Shown: one piece after another, positions 47,925 to 56,456 of the stretch
Layout of the letters: every line of letters begins with the position of its first letter
Position numbering within the stretch: position 1 is the first letter of the stretch
Assembly: GCA_964641255.1 (NCBI GenBank)
Contig: CAZXMM010000001.1
Location: forward strand, 332,302-396,301
Direction: 5' to 3'
DNA from: an uncultured Gammaproteobacteria bacterium
GTDB taxonomy: Bacteria; Patescibacteriota; Microgenomatia; JAMCZE01
DNA length: 64,000 bases
The notes under the pieces: generated by a model
Database searches by the model: none
What the model was told of the DNA's origin: nothing
What the model saw: the letters and a program-made list of their open reading frames with translations, nothing else
Program-made: the position numbers and the translations under genes

Positions 47925-48416
47925 ATGACACTACCTATGGAAGAGTTAGTGCCGGTTAAAGAACCAGTGGTGTCTACTGAGGCAAAGGAAATTCATCCCC
48001 TAGAAGAGTCAAAGAAGCCACCAGTAAAGATTTTAGTGCTTCTGTCTGTTTTAGTTGTAGTTGTTTTGGTCGGAGTGGGCACCGGCTATATGGTGGCGCA
48101 AAAAAGTGGTGGGGTTAATAGAAGTGGTACATCAGGCGATGTTGAGGTGATTAAAACCGCGAACGAGGAGGGGGTCAGAGACGTCTCGACTTTTAAAGAC
48201 ACCGCTACAGGACAGCTTGAGTTAAACGATGGTAAACTAACCAAGGAGGGGGAGTACGTCCTTATCAGGGGTGATGTTTCTCAAAATGTCTATTTGACTT
48301 CTTCGGTGGTTGATTTAACAAAATACACCGGCAAGAAAGTTCAGGTCTGGGGGGAAACATTTCAAGGTCAGTCAGCTGGATGGCTTATGGATGTAGGCCG
48401 AGTTAAGGTACTTTAG
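47925..48416 (+). CDS. hypothetical membrane-anchored protein
   Basis: ORF with one TM helix; upstream of ftsE. Confidence 0.35.
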   Translation: MTLPMEELVPVKEPVVSTEAKEIHPLEESKKPPVKILVLLSVLVVVVLVGVGTGYMVAQKSGGVNRSGTSGDVEVIKTANEEGVRDVSTFKDTATGQLELNDGKLTKEGEYVLIRGDVSQNVYLTSSVVDLTKYTGKKVQVWGETFQGQSAGWLMDVGRVKVL

Positions 48417-48423
48417 ATTCCTC

Positions 48424-49098
48424 TTGATCAAATTTGTTGATGTCACCAAAAAATTCCCCGATGGGACTACGTCAGTTAGCGACGTGAGTTTTGAAGTTGG
48501 TGACGGTGAGTTCGTTTTCTTGGTCGGACCATCTGGAGCCGGCAAAACGACTATTTTACGTTTGATACTCCATGACATTGTCCCCAGCAGCGGTGAAATT
48601 ACAGTCGATGAACACGATTTGGGGAAAATTACTACCCAGAAAGTGACTCAGCTACGAAAAAAAATTGGTTTTGTTTTCCAGGATCTTAAACTTCTTATGG
48701 ACCGGAGTGTTTATGAAAATGTTGCCTTGTCTTTATGGATTCTTGGAAAAAGCAAAAAGGAGATAGACACTGAGGTTAAAGAGAAGCTTTCTTTAGTAGG
48801 ACTAGCAGATTCGGGAAGTTTTTTTCCAGCTCAGCTTTCGGGTGGGGAGCTACAACGGGCCGCAATTGCTCGGGCTTTGGTAGGTGACCCCAAATACTTA
48901 ATTGCCGACGAACCAACAGGAAATGTTGATAACGCTAACGCCTGGAAAATTATGAAAATTTTAGATAAGGTTAATAAAGCGGGGACCACGATAATTATGG
49001 CGACCCACAACAGTGAAATAGTCGACACTATGGGGAAACGGGTGATCAGGATTGATGGTGGGAGTGTTATCTCTGATAAAAAAGGGAAATACCGTTAA
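48424..49098 (+). CDS. ftsE: cell division ATP-binding protein FtsE
   Basis: ABC NBD with Walker A GPSGAGKTT, LSGGE signature, Walker B; followed by ftsX. Confidence 0.9.
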   Translation: MIKFVDVTKKFPDGTTSVSDVSFEVGDGEFVFLVGPSGAGKTTILRLILHDIVPSSGEITVDEHDLGKITTQKVTQLRKKIGFVFQDLKLLMDRSVYENVALSLWILGKSKKEIDTEVKEKLSLVGLADSGSFFPAQLSGGELQRAAIARALVGDPKYLIADEPTGNVDNANAWKIMKILDKVNKAGTTIIMATHNSEIVDTMGKRVIRIDGGSVISDKKGKYR

Positions 49099-49102
49099 AA
49101 TT

Positions 49103-49984
49103 ATGGGACACCAATTGGCCATTACTTGGCAACATATCAGGCGCAGTCCTTATCAGGCAGCCGCAGCGATTATGATTATGTCGCTGACCATTTTTGCCGG
49201 CTTGGTGTTTTTTATGCTCTCAATAGGGTCTTACCGGGTGTTAACCTATGTCGAGCAACGTCCCCAGGTCATTGCCTTCTTCGACGACAGCATTACCAGT
49301 GTTGACCAGGTCGCGGATTTAGCAAAAGAACTAAAAAATACCGGTAAAACTAAAGAAGTCCGCTTTGTTTCCAAAGAAGAAGCCCTGGAGATTTACCGGG
49401 AAAGAAACAAAGAAGACCCACTGTTACTTGAATTGGTGAGTGCTAACACCTTACCTGCCAGTTTAGAGGTTTCAGCTAAAAACGCCAGCGATCTTCCTAC
49501 TCTGTTTGGTATCTTAAATGGAGCGGCCAATATTGAAGATGTGTCATACCAAAAAGACGTAGTTAACACCTTAATAACCGTAATGGACCGGGTGCGAAAG
49601 TTCGGAATAGGGTTGATTGTATTTTTGTTGCTAACCTCTGTATTTACTGTTTTGACCATTATTGGTATGAAGATTGCTCTAAGGCGTAAGGAAATTGAAG
49701 TAGAACGCTTAATAGGAGCTTCAGACTGGTATATCCGTATGCCATTTCTTTTTGAGGGGTTGTTCTACGGAATTTTTGCGGCGGTGTTTTCTTGGGCGAT
49801 TCTTTATCTAATTGTTCTAGCTAGCACCCAGTATGTTGCCTCGTTCTTAGCTGGTCTGAATTTACTGCCGATTCCTCCCCTAATCATGCTAGAAATTTTG
49901 GGAGTAACCATTGTAACTGGCGCGCTAGTGGGGGTGACGGGTAGCTTTATTGCCGTTTGGCACTACCTAAGGGCGCAAAATTGA
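49103..49984 (+). CDS. ftsX: cell division permease FtsX
   Basis: N-terminal TM, large periplasmic loop, 3 C-terminal TMs; start set at ATG 49103. Confidence 0.8.
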   Translation: MGHQLAITWQHIRRSPYQAAAAIMIMSLTIFAGLVFFMLSIGSYRVLTYVEQRPQVIAFFDDSITSVDQVADLAKELKNTGKTKEVRFVSKEEALEIYRERNKEDPLLLELVSANTLPASLEVSAKNASDLPTLFGILNGAANIEDVSYQKDVVNTLITVMDRVRKFGIGLIVFLLLTSVFTVLTIIGMKIALRRKEIEVERLIGASDWYIRMPFLFEGLFYGIFAAVFSWAILYLIVLASTQYVASFLAGLNLLPIPPLIMLEILGVTIVTGALVGVTGSFIAVWHYLRAQN

Positions 49985-51153
49985 TGAAGAAATTAGTCCT
50001 TGCTACCCTACTTTTTAGTTGCCTTTTTTTGGGCCAGCCACCAGCAGTGGTAATTAGTGAAGATTGTGACGCGATTTGTGCGAAGCAAAAGCAAATTAAT
50101 GATCTCCAGCAAAAAATTGCTAGCACTCAAAATCAGGAAAGAACCCTCTCTTCGCAGATAGACAAAATAAATAATGATATTGACCTAACGACACTTAGGA
50201 TCGAATCTACCGAAGAGAAGCTCGGACGACTAACTAGTGATATTGCCTCAGTCTCAGGCAAAATCGATCGGATCGAAGATTCACTCGCTCATGTATCTAC
50301 AGTTCTTGCTAACCGGATTGCAGCAACCTATATCGCGGGACGGGTTGACCCCCTTTACTATTTACTATCAGCTCAGGACTTTGACGATTTGATGAGACGG
50401 TTTGATTATTTCCGGATTGTGCAAAAACACGACAAAAATCTGATGTTACAAATGGCTACTACGAGAAAGAACTATCGTGATCAAAAAGACCTACTAGAAG
50501 ATAAAAAGAGCGAGGTAGAAGAGCTATCCAGTCAGTTGAAAATCTATCAAAAAGACCTTGATCGGCAGAATGCGGAAAAGCAAACCCTACTTCGAATCAC
50601 GCAAAATGACGAACGACGCTATCAACAACTGTTATCACAGGCGCAGGCAGAGTTTAACGCTTTTCGGACATCACAATTTTCCGGTCAACGCAAAGTAAAG
50701 CGAGGTGAAGTGATTGGCTTGATGGGCAGTACTGGTTTTTCGACCGGTCCCCATCTGCACTTTGGTGTTTACAATCTTAGTGAAGACCAATTGGCTAATT
50801 GGAATTACTCATCTGGATCAACTAATCCGCTTGATTATCTGCAGTCGCGGTCGATTCGGGTAGACTCTGGAGCCTGTCATGACAAGTCAGGAATTACTAC
50901 TATAGGTAATGGTGGCTGGGAGTGGCCAATGAGCGGACCCAATGTTTCCCAGTGTTATGGCAAAACTCCGTACTCCTTTGTTTATTATAGTGGGATTCAT
51001 GATGGACTAGATTTATATGATCGGGGAGATATTCAGGTGCGCGCTGTTGATGATGGTAACGCCTACTTTTATCGTGGTTCATCATCACTGGGTAACAATG
51101 TGCGTATTTTTCACTCCAGTGGTAAAATGACAGTTTATCTCCATCTTCAGTAA
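49984..51153 (+). CDS. EnvC-like coiled-coil M23/LytM peptidase with apparently circularly permuted M23 domain
   Basis: Signal peptide, ~200 aa coiled coil, then M23 C-terminal segment (GEVIGLMGSTGFSTGPHLHF...NPLDYLQSR) located before the M23 N-terminal segment (GWEWPMSGP...YSGIHDGLDL...DDG...GNNVRIFHSSGKMTVYLHL); start overlaps ftsX stop (TGATG). Confidence 0.7.
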   Translation: MKKLVLATLLFSCLFLGQPPAVVISEDCDAICAKQKQINDLQQKIASTQNQERTLSSQIDKINNDIDLTTLRIESTEEKLGRLTSDIASVSGKIDRIEDSLAHVSTVLANRIAATYIAGRVDPLYYLLSAQDFDDLMRRFDYFRIVQKHDKNLMLQMATTRKNYRDQKDLLEDKKSEVEELSSQLKIYQKDLDRQNAEKQTLLRITQNDERRYQQLLSQAQAEFNAFRTSQFSGQRKVKRGEVIGLMGSTGFSTGPHLHFGVYNLSEDQLANWNYSSGSTNPLDYLQSRSIRVDSGACHDKSGITTIGNGGWEWPMSGPNVSQCYGKTPYSFVYYSGIHDGLDLYDRGDIQVRAVDDGNAYFYRGSSSLGNNVRIFHSSGKMTVYLHLQ

Positions 51154-51207
51154 AGCCAAAATCACTAATCTTGACAGGGTTTATCTCTAGCATAATACTA
51201 ATTACTG

Positions 51208-52890
51208 ATGGTCATTTTTGGCAGGTTAACGCTGCCAACAGTGTTGGCTGGTGTTTTCTTTATTCTCGCTGCTATTTCGAGTCGTTCCACTTTCGCTTCA
51301 GAGCCGCTATTAAATAGTGATTTCGAAGACTATCACGATGACTCATTTTCTCCCTGGTTAAAAAATGTCTCCACGCTGACCCTGTCAGCTACTACTAGTA
51401 GTGGGCTAGTTTACTCGGGCTCTCAAGCTGCAGTTTTAGGTAGTAGTACTAACTCAACTAAATATCTCTATCAGGTACTGGCAGCCAGCCCCTCTGCAAG
51501 TTACCGTCTGTCGGGTTGGACCAAATTGCTCTCTGGCCAGGGATCGGCTTATCTGCGAATTACTCAGTGCAAAACGGAAGCATGCAGTAATAGCAGCGAG
51601 GAGATAAAATCGTCAGACTCAAGTAAACTAACGAACCCTACAGGAGAGGAGCTAGCGCTTCAGGTAACTACGGCGACCGATACGGTCAGCCTAAAAGTCA
51701 AACTTAGTCTGGATCCTTTGTCTGCCACGCCTACGGCTCTTGTGTGGGATGCCATTCACTGGGAGATGCAAGATTCGTCTTCCTCGGGGGAAAGGGTAGC
51801 CACCCAAGCAGCTAGTTCTAGCTCTGACCAACTATTTAGTCTCAGCTATGATCTATTGCCAGTTGTTACTGCTGATACCCCTTTTTTGGTAGCCATCACT
51901 ATTAGTGGTGCGGCACCCAACACTAGTTATTTTGTCAAAACTGTAGGGGGGGTCTCGACTGGTTCGGCAGATCTTCGAGCGGTTTCTACTCTAAATGCCT
52001 CTGGGAGTGGTTTTCTAGCCTGGAATGGAAGCTGGGCTAGTATGCCAAGTGTTACTACTGACGCCTCCGGTAGTGCTAGTCTTGTGGTTGAATCACGGTT
52101 TAACTCTGCCGCAACGGTTATAGGCAATAATCTATTTTTCGTCAGGATTAGAAAAACGGATAGTGAGACGAATTTGGACGGGCCACTGGTAGCTGTTGGA
52201 GTGTTAACTAACCAAGCGACAAGCAGCGGCACCAGTGCTGAGTCTCCAGAGACTGCGGAGGCGGTTGGGCCGGCGGTAACTTTCGAAACTAGTGGCACTG
52301 CTTTTGTTGGTAGTCCAATAGTAATCAAGCTTAAAGTTACTGGTTTGTCTGGCAGAGCCAGCTATAGCTATAAAGTGCGGTTGGGTAGTAGTGAGACTAA
52401 CCTGATAAAAGGGGCTACCGCTCATGATGATGTTTATTTAACCGATAGCTCACCTTGGTCCAAATTTCCAAGTTTCACTACTGATGATGGGGGGACGTGG
52501 CTTAGTGAAGTTAAAGGACTAGTCCGAAGCGAGTTTGGGGCCGGAGACTACTATCTGAAAATTCGAATCCGTGACCTTAGTTCGGGCAAAATTATTGATT
52601 CGGCCGTTTCTAAAATAACCTTAGCTACTAAGAGTGAAGAATCCACCGAGTCTGAGAGTGCTACTTTGTCGGGGGTGGTATTGGGTAGTACTACGACACC
52701 TCTTGTCCCGCCTCTTGTTACTGTACCGCCCGGTATGCCTGCGGAGGTTATGTCTTTGCCACTAGAGTTAGTGGTCCCTACCGAAGTGCCCAGTAATGAC
52801 TTGGGTACCCATCTTCTATCAATGGGACTTTTTCTTCTAGGATCCAGCTTCTTGTGGAGCGTGAAACTTTTGGCATATAGCCCAAGCTGA
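51208..52890 (+). CDS. Ser/Thr-rich cell-surface protein with N-terminal signal and C-terminal TM anchor
   Basis: Signal/TM at N-terminus, long low-complexity S/T-rich beta regions, C-terminal hydrophobic helix. Confidence 0.4.
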   Translation: MVIFGRLTLPTVLAGVFFILAAISSRSTFASEPLLNSDFEDYHDDSFSPWLKNVSTLTLSATTSSGLVYSGSQAAVLGSSTNSTKYLYQVLAASPSASYRLSGWTKLLSGQGSAYLRITQCKTEACSNSSEEIKSSDSSKLTNPTGEELALQVTTATDTVSLKVKLSLDPLSATPTALVWDAIHWEMQDSSSSGERVATQAASSSSDQLFSLSYDLLPVVTADTPFLVAITISGAAPNTSYFVKTVGGVSTGSADLRAVSTLNASGSGFLAWNGSWASMPSVTTDASGSASLVVESRFNSAATVIGNNLFFVRIRKTDSETNLDGPLVAVGVLTNQATSSGTSAESPETAEAVGPAVTFETSGTAFVGSPIVIKLKVTGLSGRASYSYKVRLGSSETNLIKGATAHDDVYLTDSSPWSKFPSFTTDDGGTWLSEVKGLVRSEFGAGDYYLKIRIRDLSSGKIIDSAVSKITLATKSEESTESESATLSGVVLGSTTTPLVPPLVTVPPGMPAEVMSLPLELVVPTEVPSNDLGTHLLSMGLFLLGSSFLWSVKLLAYSPS

Positions 52891-52917
52891 GTTTTTGCTA
52901 AAATCAAAGTATCGGTT

Positions 52918-54600
52918 ATGAAATCCACTATCTCTATCATTCTCATTATTTTATTAGCCACCCTTCTGCGTTTGTGGCAACTAGGAAATCTTCCTTACGG
53001 CATTCACAACGACGAGACACTTAACGGCTATGTTGGCCGCTTTATCCTAGAAACTGGCAGAGATCCTTATGGTAATCCGTGGCCGCTGTTGTATGTCGAT
53101 CACTTTGGTGACTTCCCCAATGTCATTCCCATGTACCTTTCGGGAATTTTTACTTATATCTTTGGAGTTAATCCGTTTGGAGTAAGATTTCCTATTGCAG
53201 TGGTGGGAATTTTAACGGTGCCACTAATTTATCTGATTAGCAAAATACTGTTTCGCTCGATAAAAGTTGCTTTCATGGCGGCTTTTCTGCTGACCATTCT
53301 GCCCTGGCATTTGGTACTATCGCGCGGTACCGCTGAGGGAATTTTGGCTTCTTTTGTTTTTCTCCTCGGTTTTTTGGCTCTTGTCCTAGGTCTGGAGAGA
53401 GGAAAGTTTTTACTTCTATTGGGGTCTGTTTGCTTATTTCTAAGTACTTATTTGCTGTATCCCGGTTTTCGAGTTATGATTCCACTTGTCTTAATCCCCA
53501 CATTTTTACTAACTACAGTTAAACGCTACAAGATTTTTCTTGTTGTTGCCTGTCTTGTCGCCTTTAGTATCACTACTATTATCAGTACTACGGTATGGGG
53601 TAAGGGGCGTTATCTGGAAACATCAGTTTTCACCTTCAATGATTTGATAGCTCTTCGTTCTTGGGAATACTCTAGTTCGATTGGTCCCAATAAAGTTCTG
53701 GACGCCAGGATTTTCCACAATAAATATTTGCTTGCTGGCCAAGAAGTAATGAGACAGTACTTTTCTTATTTTTCCCCGGGATTTTTGGCTGGAACCGACG
53801 GGTTACCGGGGCGTTATCACGTTCCGGAAAATGGGGTGACCAATTGGTCAATTATCCTTATCTTTGTTTCGCTGGCTGTAATTTGTTGTTTTCCCGCCCG
53901 AAGACCAGTTGCCGCCATGGCTTTTTTTAAGATTGGGAAGCAAAAGTATTTTTGGTGGTTACTCTGGATTTTAGCCATGGCTCCTATCCCCGCTGCCTTA
54001 ACTATTAATGAGGTTCCCAATGTTCATCGGACCATACTTGTTGGGGTGGTTTTAATGATACTAGCGGCGGCCGCCTGGCAGCGGTTGGCTGCTTATAATC
54101 GTTTTGGGTTATGGCTGAGCCGTTTGTTGGCAGCTCTCTTAATAATTGAGTCGATCCTTTTTTGGCACCACTACGCTAAGGTGAGTCCAAAAGTAACGGC
54201 TAAATTCCGTACTTATAATAATCTGGTAGTGGGGCGTTTTTTAGCAGAACACCATAGAAATTATCCGCTAATTTATGTCACTCAGGGTGGAGACAACGCA
54301 CTGTACTTTCTTTTTGAAACTAAAAATTTTGACAAAAGTCTTGCCGGGCAATTCCATGGTAAACTGGCGGTAGACCAGGTGGATAATATTCACTTTTTGC
54401 ACTCAGATTGCTATGACCCAGACCGACAGGATCTGCCCGACAGGCCTGACTTTATCCTTATTCAGCCGGAGAAGTGTAAGCTAAACGGCACCGGTTTAGT
54501 TATTGGCGAGACTATCTATATTCCGGAAATGTTGGGCTACAACTACTACGTACTTCGACCCGACCCATTAGGTTTTCCGCTCCTGAAGGTAAATTATTAA
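52918..54600 (+). CDS. ArnT/PMT-type (GT39/GT83-like) membrane glycosyltransferase
   Basis: ~12 TM helices, N-terminal DE-containing loop (HNDETLNGYVG) typical of GT-C mannosyl/arabinosyl transferases. Confidence 0.7.
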   Translation: MKSTISIILIILLATLLRLWQLGNLPYGIHNDETLNGYVGRFILETGRDPYGNPWPLLYVDHFGDFPNVIPMYLSGIFTYIFGVNPFGVRFPIAVVGILTVPLIYLISKILFRSIKVAFMAAFLLTILPWHLVLSRGTAEGILASFVFLLGFLALVLGLERGKFLLLLGSVCLFLSTYLLYPGFRVMIPLVLIPTFLLTTVKRYKIFLVVACLVAFSITTIISTTVWGKGRYLETSVFTFNDLIALRSWEYSSSIGPNKVLDARIFHNKYLLAGQEVMRQYFSYFSPGFLAGTDGLPGRYHVPENGVTNWSIILIFVSLAVICCFPARRPVAAMAFFKIGKQKYFWWLLWILAMAPIPAALTINEVPNVHRTILVGVVLMILAAAAWQRLAAYNRFGLWLSRLLAALLIIESILFWHHYAKVSPKVTAKFRTYNNLVVGRFLAEHHRNYPLIYVTQGGDNALYFLFETKNFDKSLAGQFHGKLAVDQVDNIHFLHSDCYDPDRQDLPDRPDFILIQPEKCKLNGTGLVIGETIYIPEMLGYNYYVLRPDPLGFPLLKVNY

Positions 54601-54888
54601 GTACTTCCCAAGACTCATAAGCCAGATTCTGTTTTTACGCAATCATCTATCTATGCCCAACTACTTCGGCCAATTGGGAAGCTGCATTAGGGCCAGTCGG
54701 TTGGTTGCCGCAGAGAGAATTACTGCGTTTCACTTCCTCGACTTGCGCCAAGGAACTCGTCTCTGTAGCTTCACTGTTCCCTACCTTTTGGTAGGGCCTC
54801 TCGAATTTACTCGAGACATCTTGCTTCCGACGGTCTGGACTTTCCTACCCGCCAGGGGCGGGTCGATTGCTCGGTCTTGGGAAGTGGC
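54601..54888 (-). ncRNA. rnpB: RNase P RNA (bacterial, compact)
   Basis: Minus-strand sequence contains P1 pairing ACUUCCCAAGAC/GUCUUGGGAAGU, CR-I GGAAAGUCC, AGUGAAGCUACAGAGACGAG (cf. AGUGCAACAGAGAGCAAAC), GUGAAACGCAGUAA...CUGCG (cf. GUGAAAGGGUGCGGUAAGAGCGCACC) and ACAGAAUCUGGCUUAUGAG (cf. ACAGAACCCGGCUUA); TATAAT 7 nt upstream of 5' end. Confidence 0.8.
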
Positions 54889-54915
54889 CACATTATATAA
54901 TAAAAGGGAGGGAAA

Positions 54916-55089
54916 ATGAAAAATCTAAAAAAGATTCTTGCCTGGTTTTTAATTTGTATTGCAGTCACGGTGGCTATTAAACTTGGTGGTTGGAACCTGG
55001 ATGCCACTTCTCATAAAGGAGTTGTTATGGGAACAGAAACGAAAAATCCCGGTTTTGGTCCACTTCTTGAGGCTTCTAACAAACCCTAA
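54916..55089 (+). CDS. small hypothetical membrane protein (57 aa), not in ORF track
   Basis: ATG preceded by strong SD (AAAGGGAGGG-N5-ATG); one TM helix (ILAWFLICIAVTVAI). Confidence 0.3.
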   Translation: MKNLKKILAWFLICIAVTVAIKLGGWNLDATSHKGVVMGTETKNPGFGPLLEASNKP

Positions 55090-55165
55090 AAGCAGACAAG
55101 GCTTCCATTTTTTTACTTTTCTGTTACACTACAAAAATTCTTTATATATTTACGCATTAAGGTCT

Positions 55166-55870
55166 ATGGCTACTAAAAAAACTCACCACTCTAGGAAAGT
55201 AACTACAACAACCCCACTTGTTGCTCCCACGAAAAATCCATTACTAGACAATTTTACTTTACCCAAGTCGATGGTTCGTCTTCCACTGGTGAATCGGGAT
55301 GTCTCAGTACGGGTGCTGGTTGTAGGTGGAGTTCTTCTGTTAGCAATTGGTTTTTTTGGTTGGACCAATAAAGGTCTTTTTATTGCAGGCACAGTCAATA
55401 ACCAACCCATTTGGCGCTTCCAGCTAGAAAATAAAATGCTGTCTCGGTATGGCGATCAAACCATGGAGGAGCTAGTTAACGAGCGATTAATTGGAGGTGA
55501 GGCAGCCAAGAGAAATATAGTGATCAGCGCTGCTGAGGTTGATACCAAAATAGCGGAAATAGAAAAAACACTTGATGGTAAGATTTCTTTGACCGAAGCT
55601 CTGTCACAGCAAGGGATGACCTTGGCTGAATTCAAAGAGCAGGTGAAGTTGCAGCTAATCGTCGAGAAGATGACGGCGGATGTTAACGAAGTGTCGGATG
55701 AGGAGATAGCTGCGTATTTGGAGCAAAACAAGGAATTGCTCATCGCTACCGACGAAGCTACTTTGAGAGCCAATGCCAAAGACACTATCCTTAGAGATAA
55801 GAAAAACAATGCCTTTCGGAAAATTTTTGATAACCTAAAAGGGCAAGCTAAAGTAATGAAATTTTTCTAA
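55166..55870 (+). CDS. membrane-anchored SurA N-domain-like chaperone protein (no PPIase domain)
   Basis: TM anchor then helical SurA_N/PpiD-like segment; start moved to ATG 55166 because the upstream part of the track ORF overlaps rnpB and its promoter. Confidence 0.5.
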   Translation: MATKKTHHSRKVTTTTPLVAPTKNPLLDNFTLPKSMVRLPLVNRDVSVRVLVVGGVLLLAIGFFGWTNKGLFIAGTVNNQPIWRFQLENKMLSRYGDQTMEELVNERLIGGEAAKRNIVISAAEVDTKIAEIEKTLDGKISLTEALSQQGMTLAEFKEQVKLQLIVEKMTADVNEVSDEEIAAYLEQNKELLIATDEATLRANAKDTILRDKKNNAFRKIFDNLKGQAKVMKFF

Positions 55871-55894
55871 AAGATTTTCTAGAAGCACCTAAAA

Positions 55895-55921
55895 AGGCAG
55901 CCTGTATGGCTGCCTTTTTTG
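55895..55921. terminator. intrinsic terminator, potentially bidirectional (AAAAAGGCAGCC-tgtat-GGCTGCCTTTTTT)
   Basis: 8-bp GC-rich stem flanked by A-run and T-run between convergent genes. Confidence 0.6.
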
Positions 55922-55936
55922 TTTGCAACGAGGAAT

Positions 55937-56089
55937 TTAGGCTTTTCCTAAAACGCGAGCGACCGTAGTCCCACAATTTTCGCACTTACCTTGGTAGGCT
56001 TTGCGGCCGTTAGCCCATACTTTTTCCGCTCCGTTGACGATTTTTACCTTCTTGCGGCACTTTACGCAATATCCTTGCATGTCTTGCAT
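55937..56089 (-). CDS. small zinc-ribbon protein (50 aa, CxxC...CxxC; DUF5679-like), not in ORF track
   Basis: Manual translation MQDMQGYCVKCRKKVKIVNGAEKVWANGRKAYQGKCENCGTTVARVLGKA; perfect SD AAGGAGGTG 8 nt upstream. Confidence 0.6.
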   Translation of the reverse strand: MQDMQGYCVKCRKKVKIVNGAEKVWANGRKAYQGKCENCGTTVARVLGKA

Positions 56090-56117
56090 TAACAATTCAC
56101 CTCCTTTAAGGCAGATG

Positions 56118-56378
56118 TTAGAAAAGCTTGATAGTACCTTTCTCTATCAAGTACCATAGCACACCCTGAGCACAGATTGCAATGAGGGTGAGAATGAGAA
56201 TTCGTCTCAGGTCAGAAAAGGACGATTGGGCTGACGGTGCGATCTTAACCGATGTTGGTTCTAGTGGGGCAGTGGGTTGAGCGGGGGAAAAAGAGTAAGT
56301 CGGACTAAAATTTTTTGGCTCACTAGCCACTAAGCGTTGTTGCTGACGCAGTTTCTGTTTTCTAGTTTTGCGGCTCAC
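56118..56378 (-). CDS. hypothetical small protein with C-terminal TM helix
   Basis: ORF only. Confidence 0.3.
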   Translation of the reverse strand: MSRKTRKQKLRQQQRLVASEPKNFSPTYSFSPAQPTAPLEPTSVKIAPSAQSSFSDLRRILILTLIAICAQGVLWYLIEKGTIKLF

Positions 56379-56456
56379 AATCTAACTTTTAGCATATTGA
56401 CGCATATGTGTAAAGACTATATAGTATGGATACTAAAAATACCCAATTTTATTTGT

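Noticed and set aside
54653-54919. Track ORF (+, 88 aa) and the overlapping minus-strand ORF 54807..55007
   Set aside because: Both lie on the RNase P RNA gene (conserved P1, CR-I and P4 motifs on the minus strand) and its promoter; the higher-GC structured-RNA sequence opens spurious frames.
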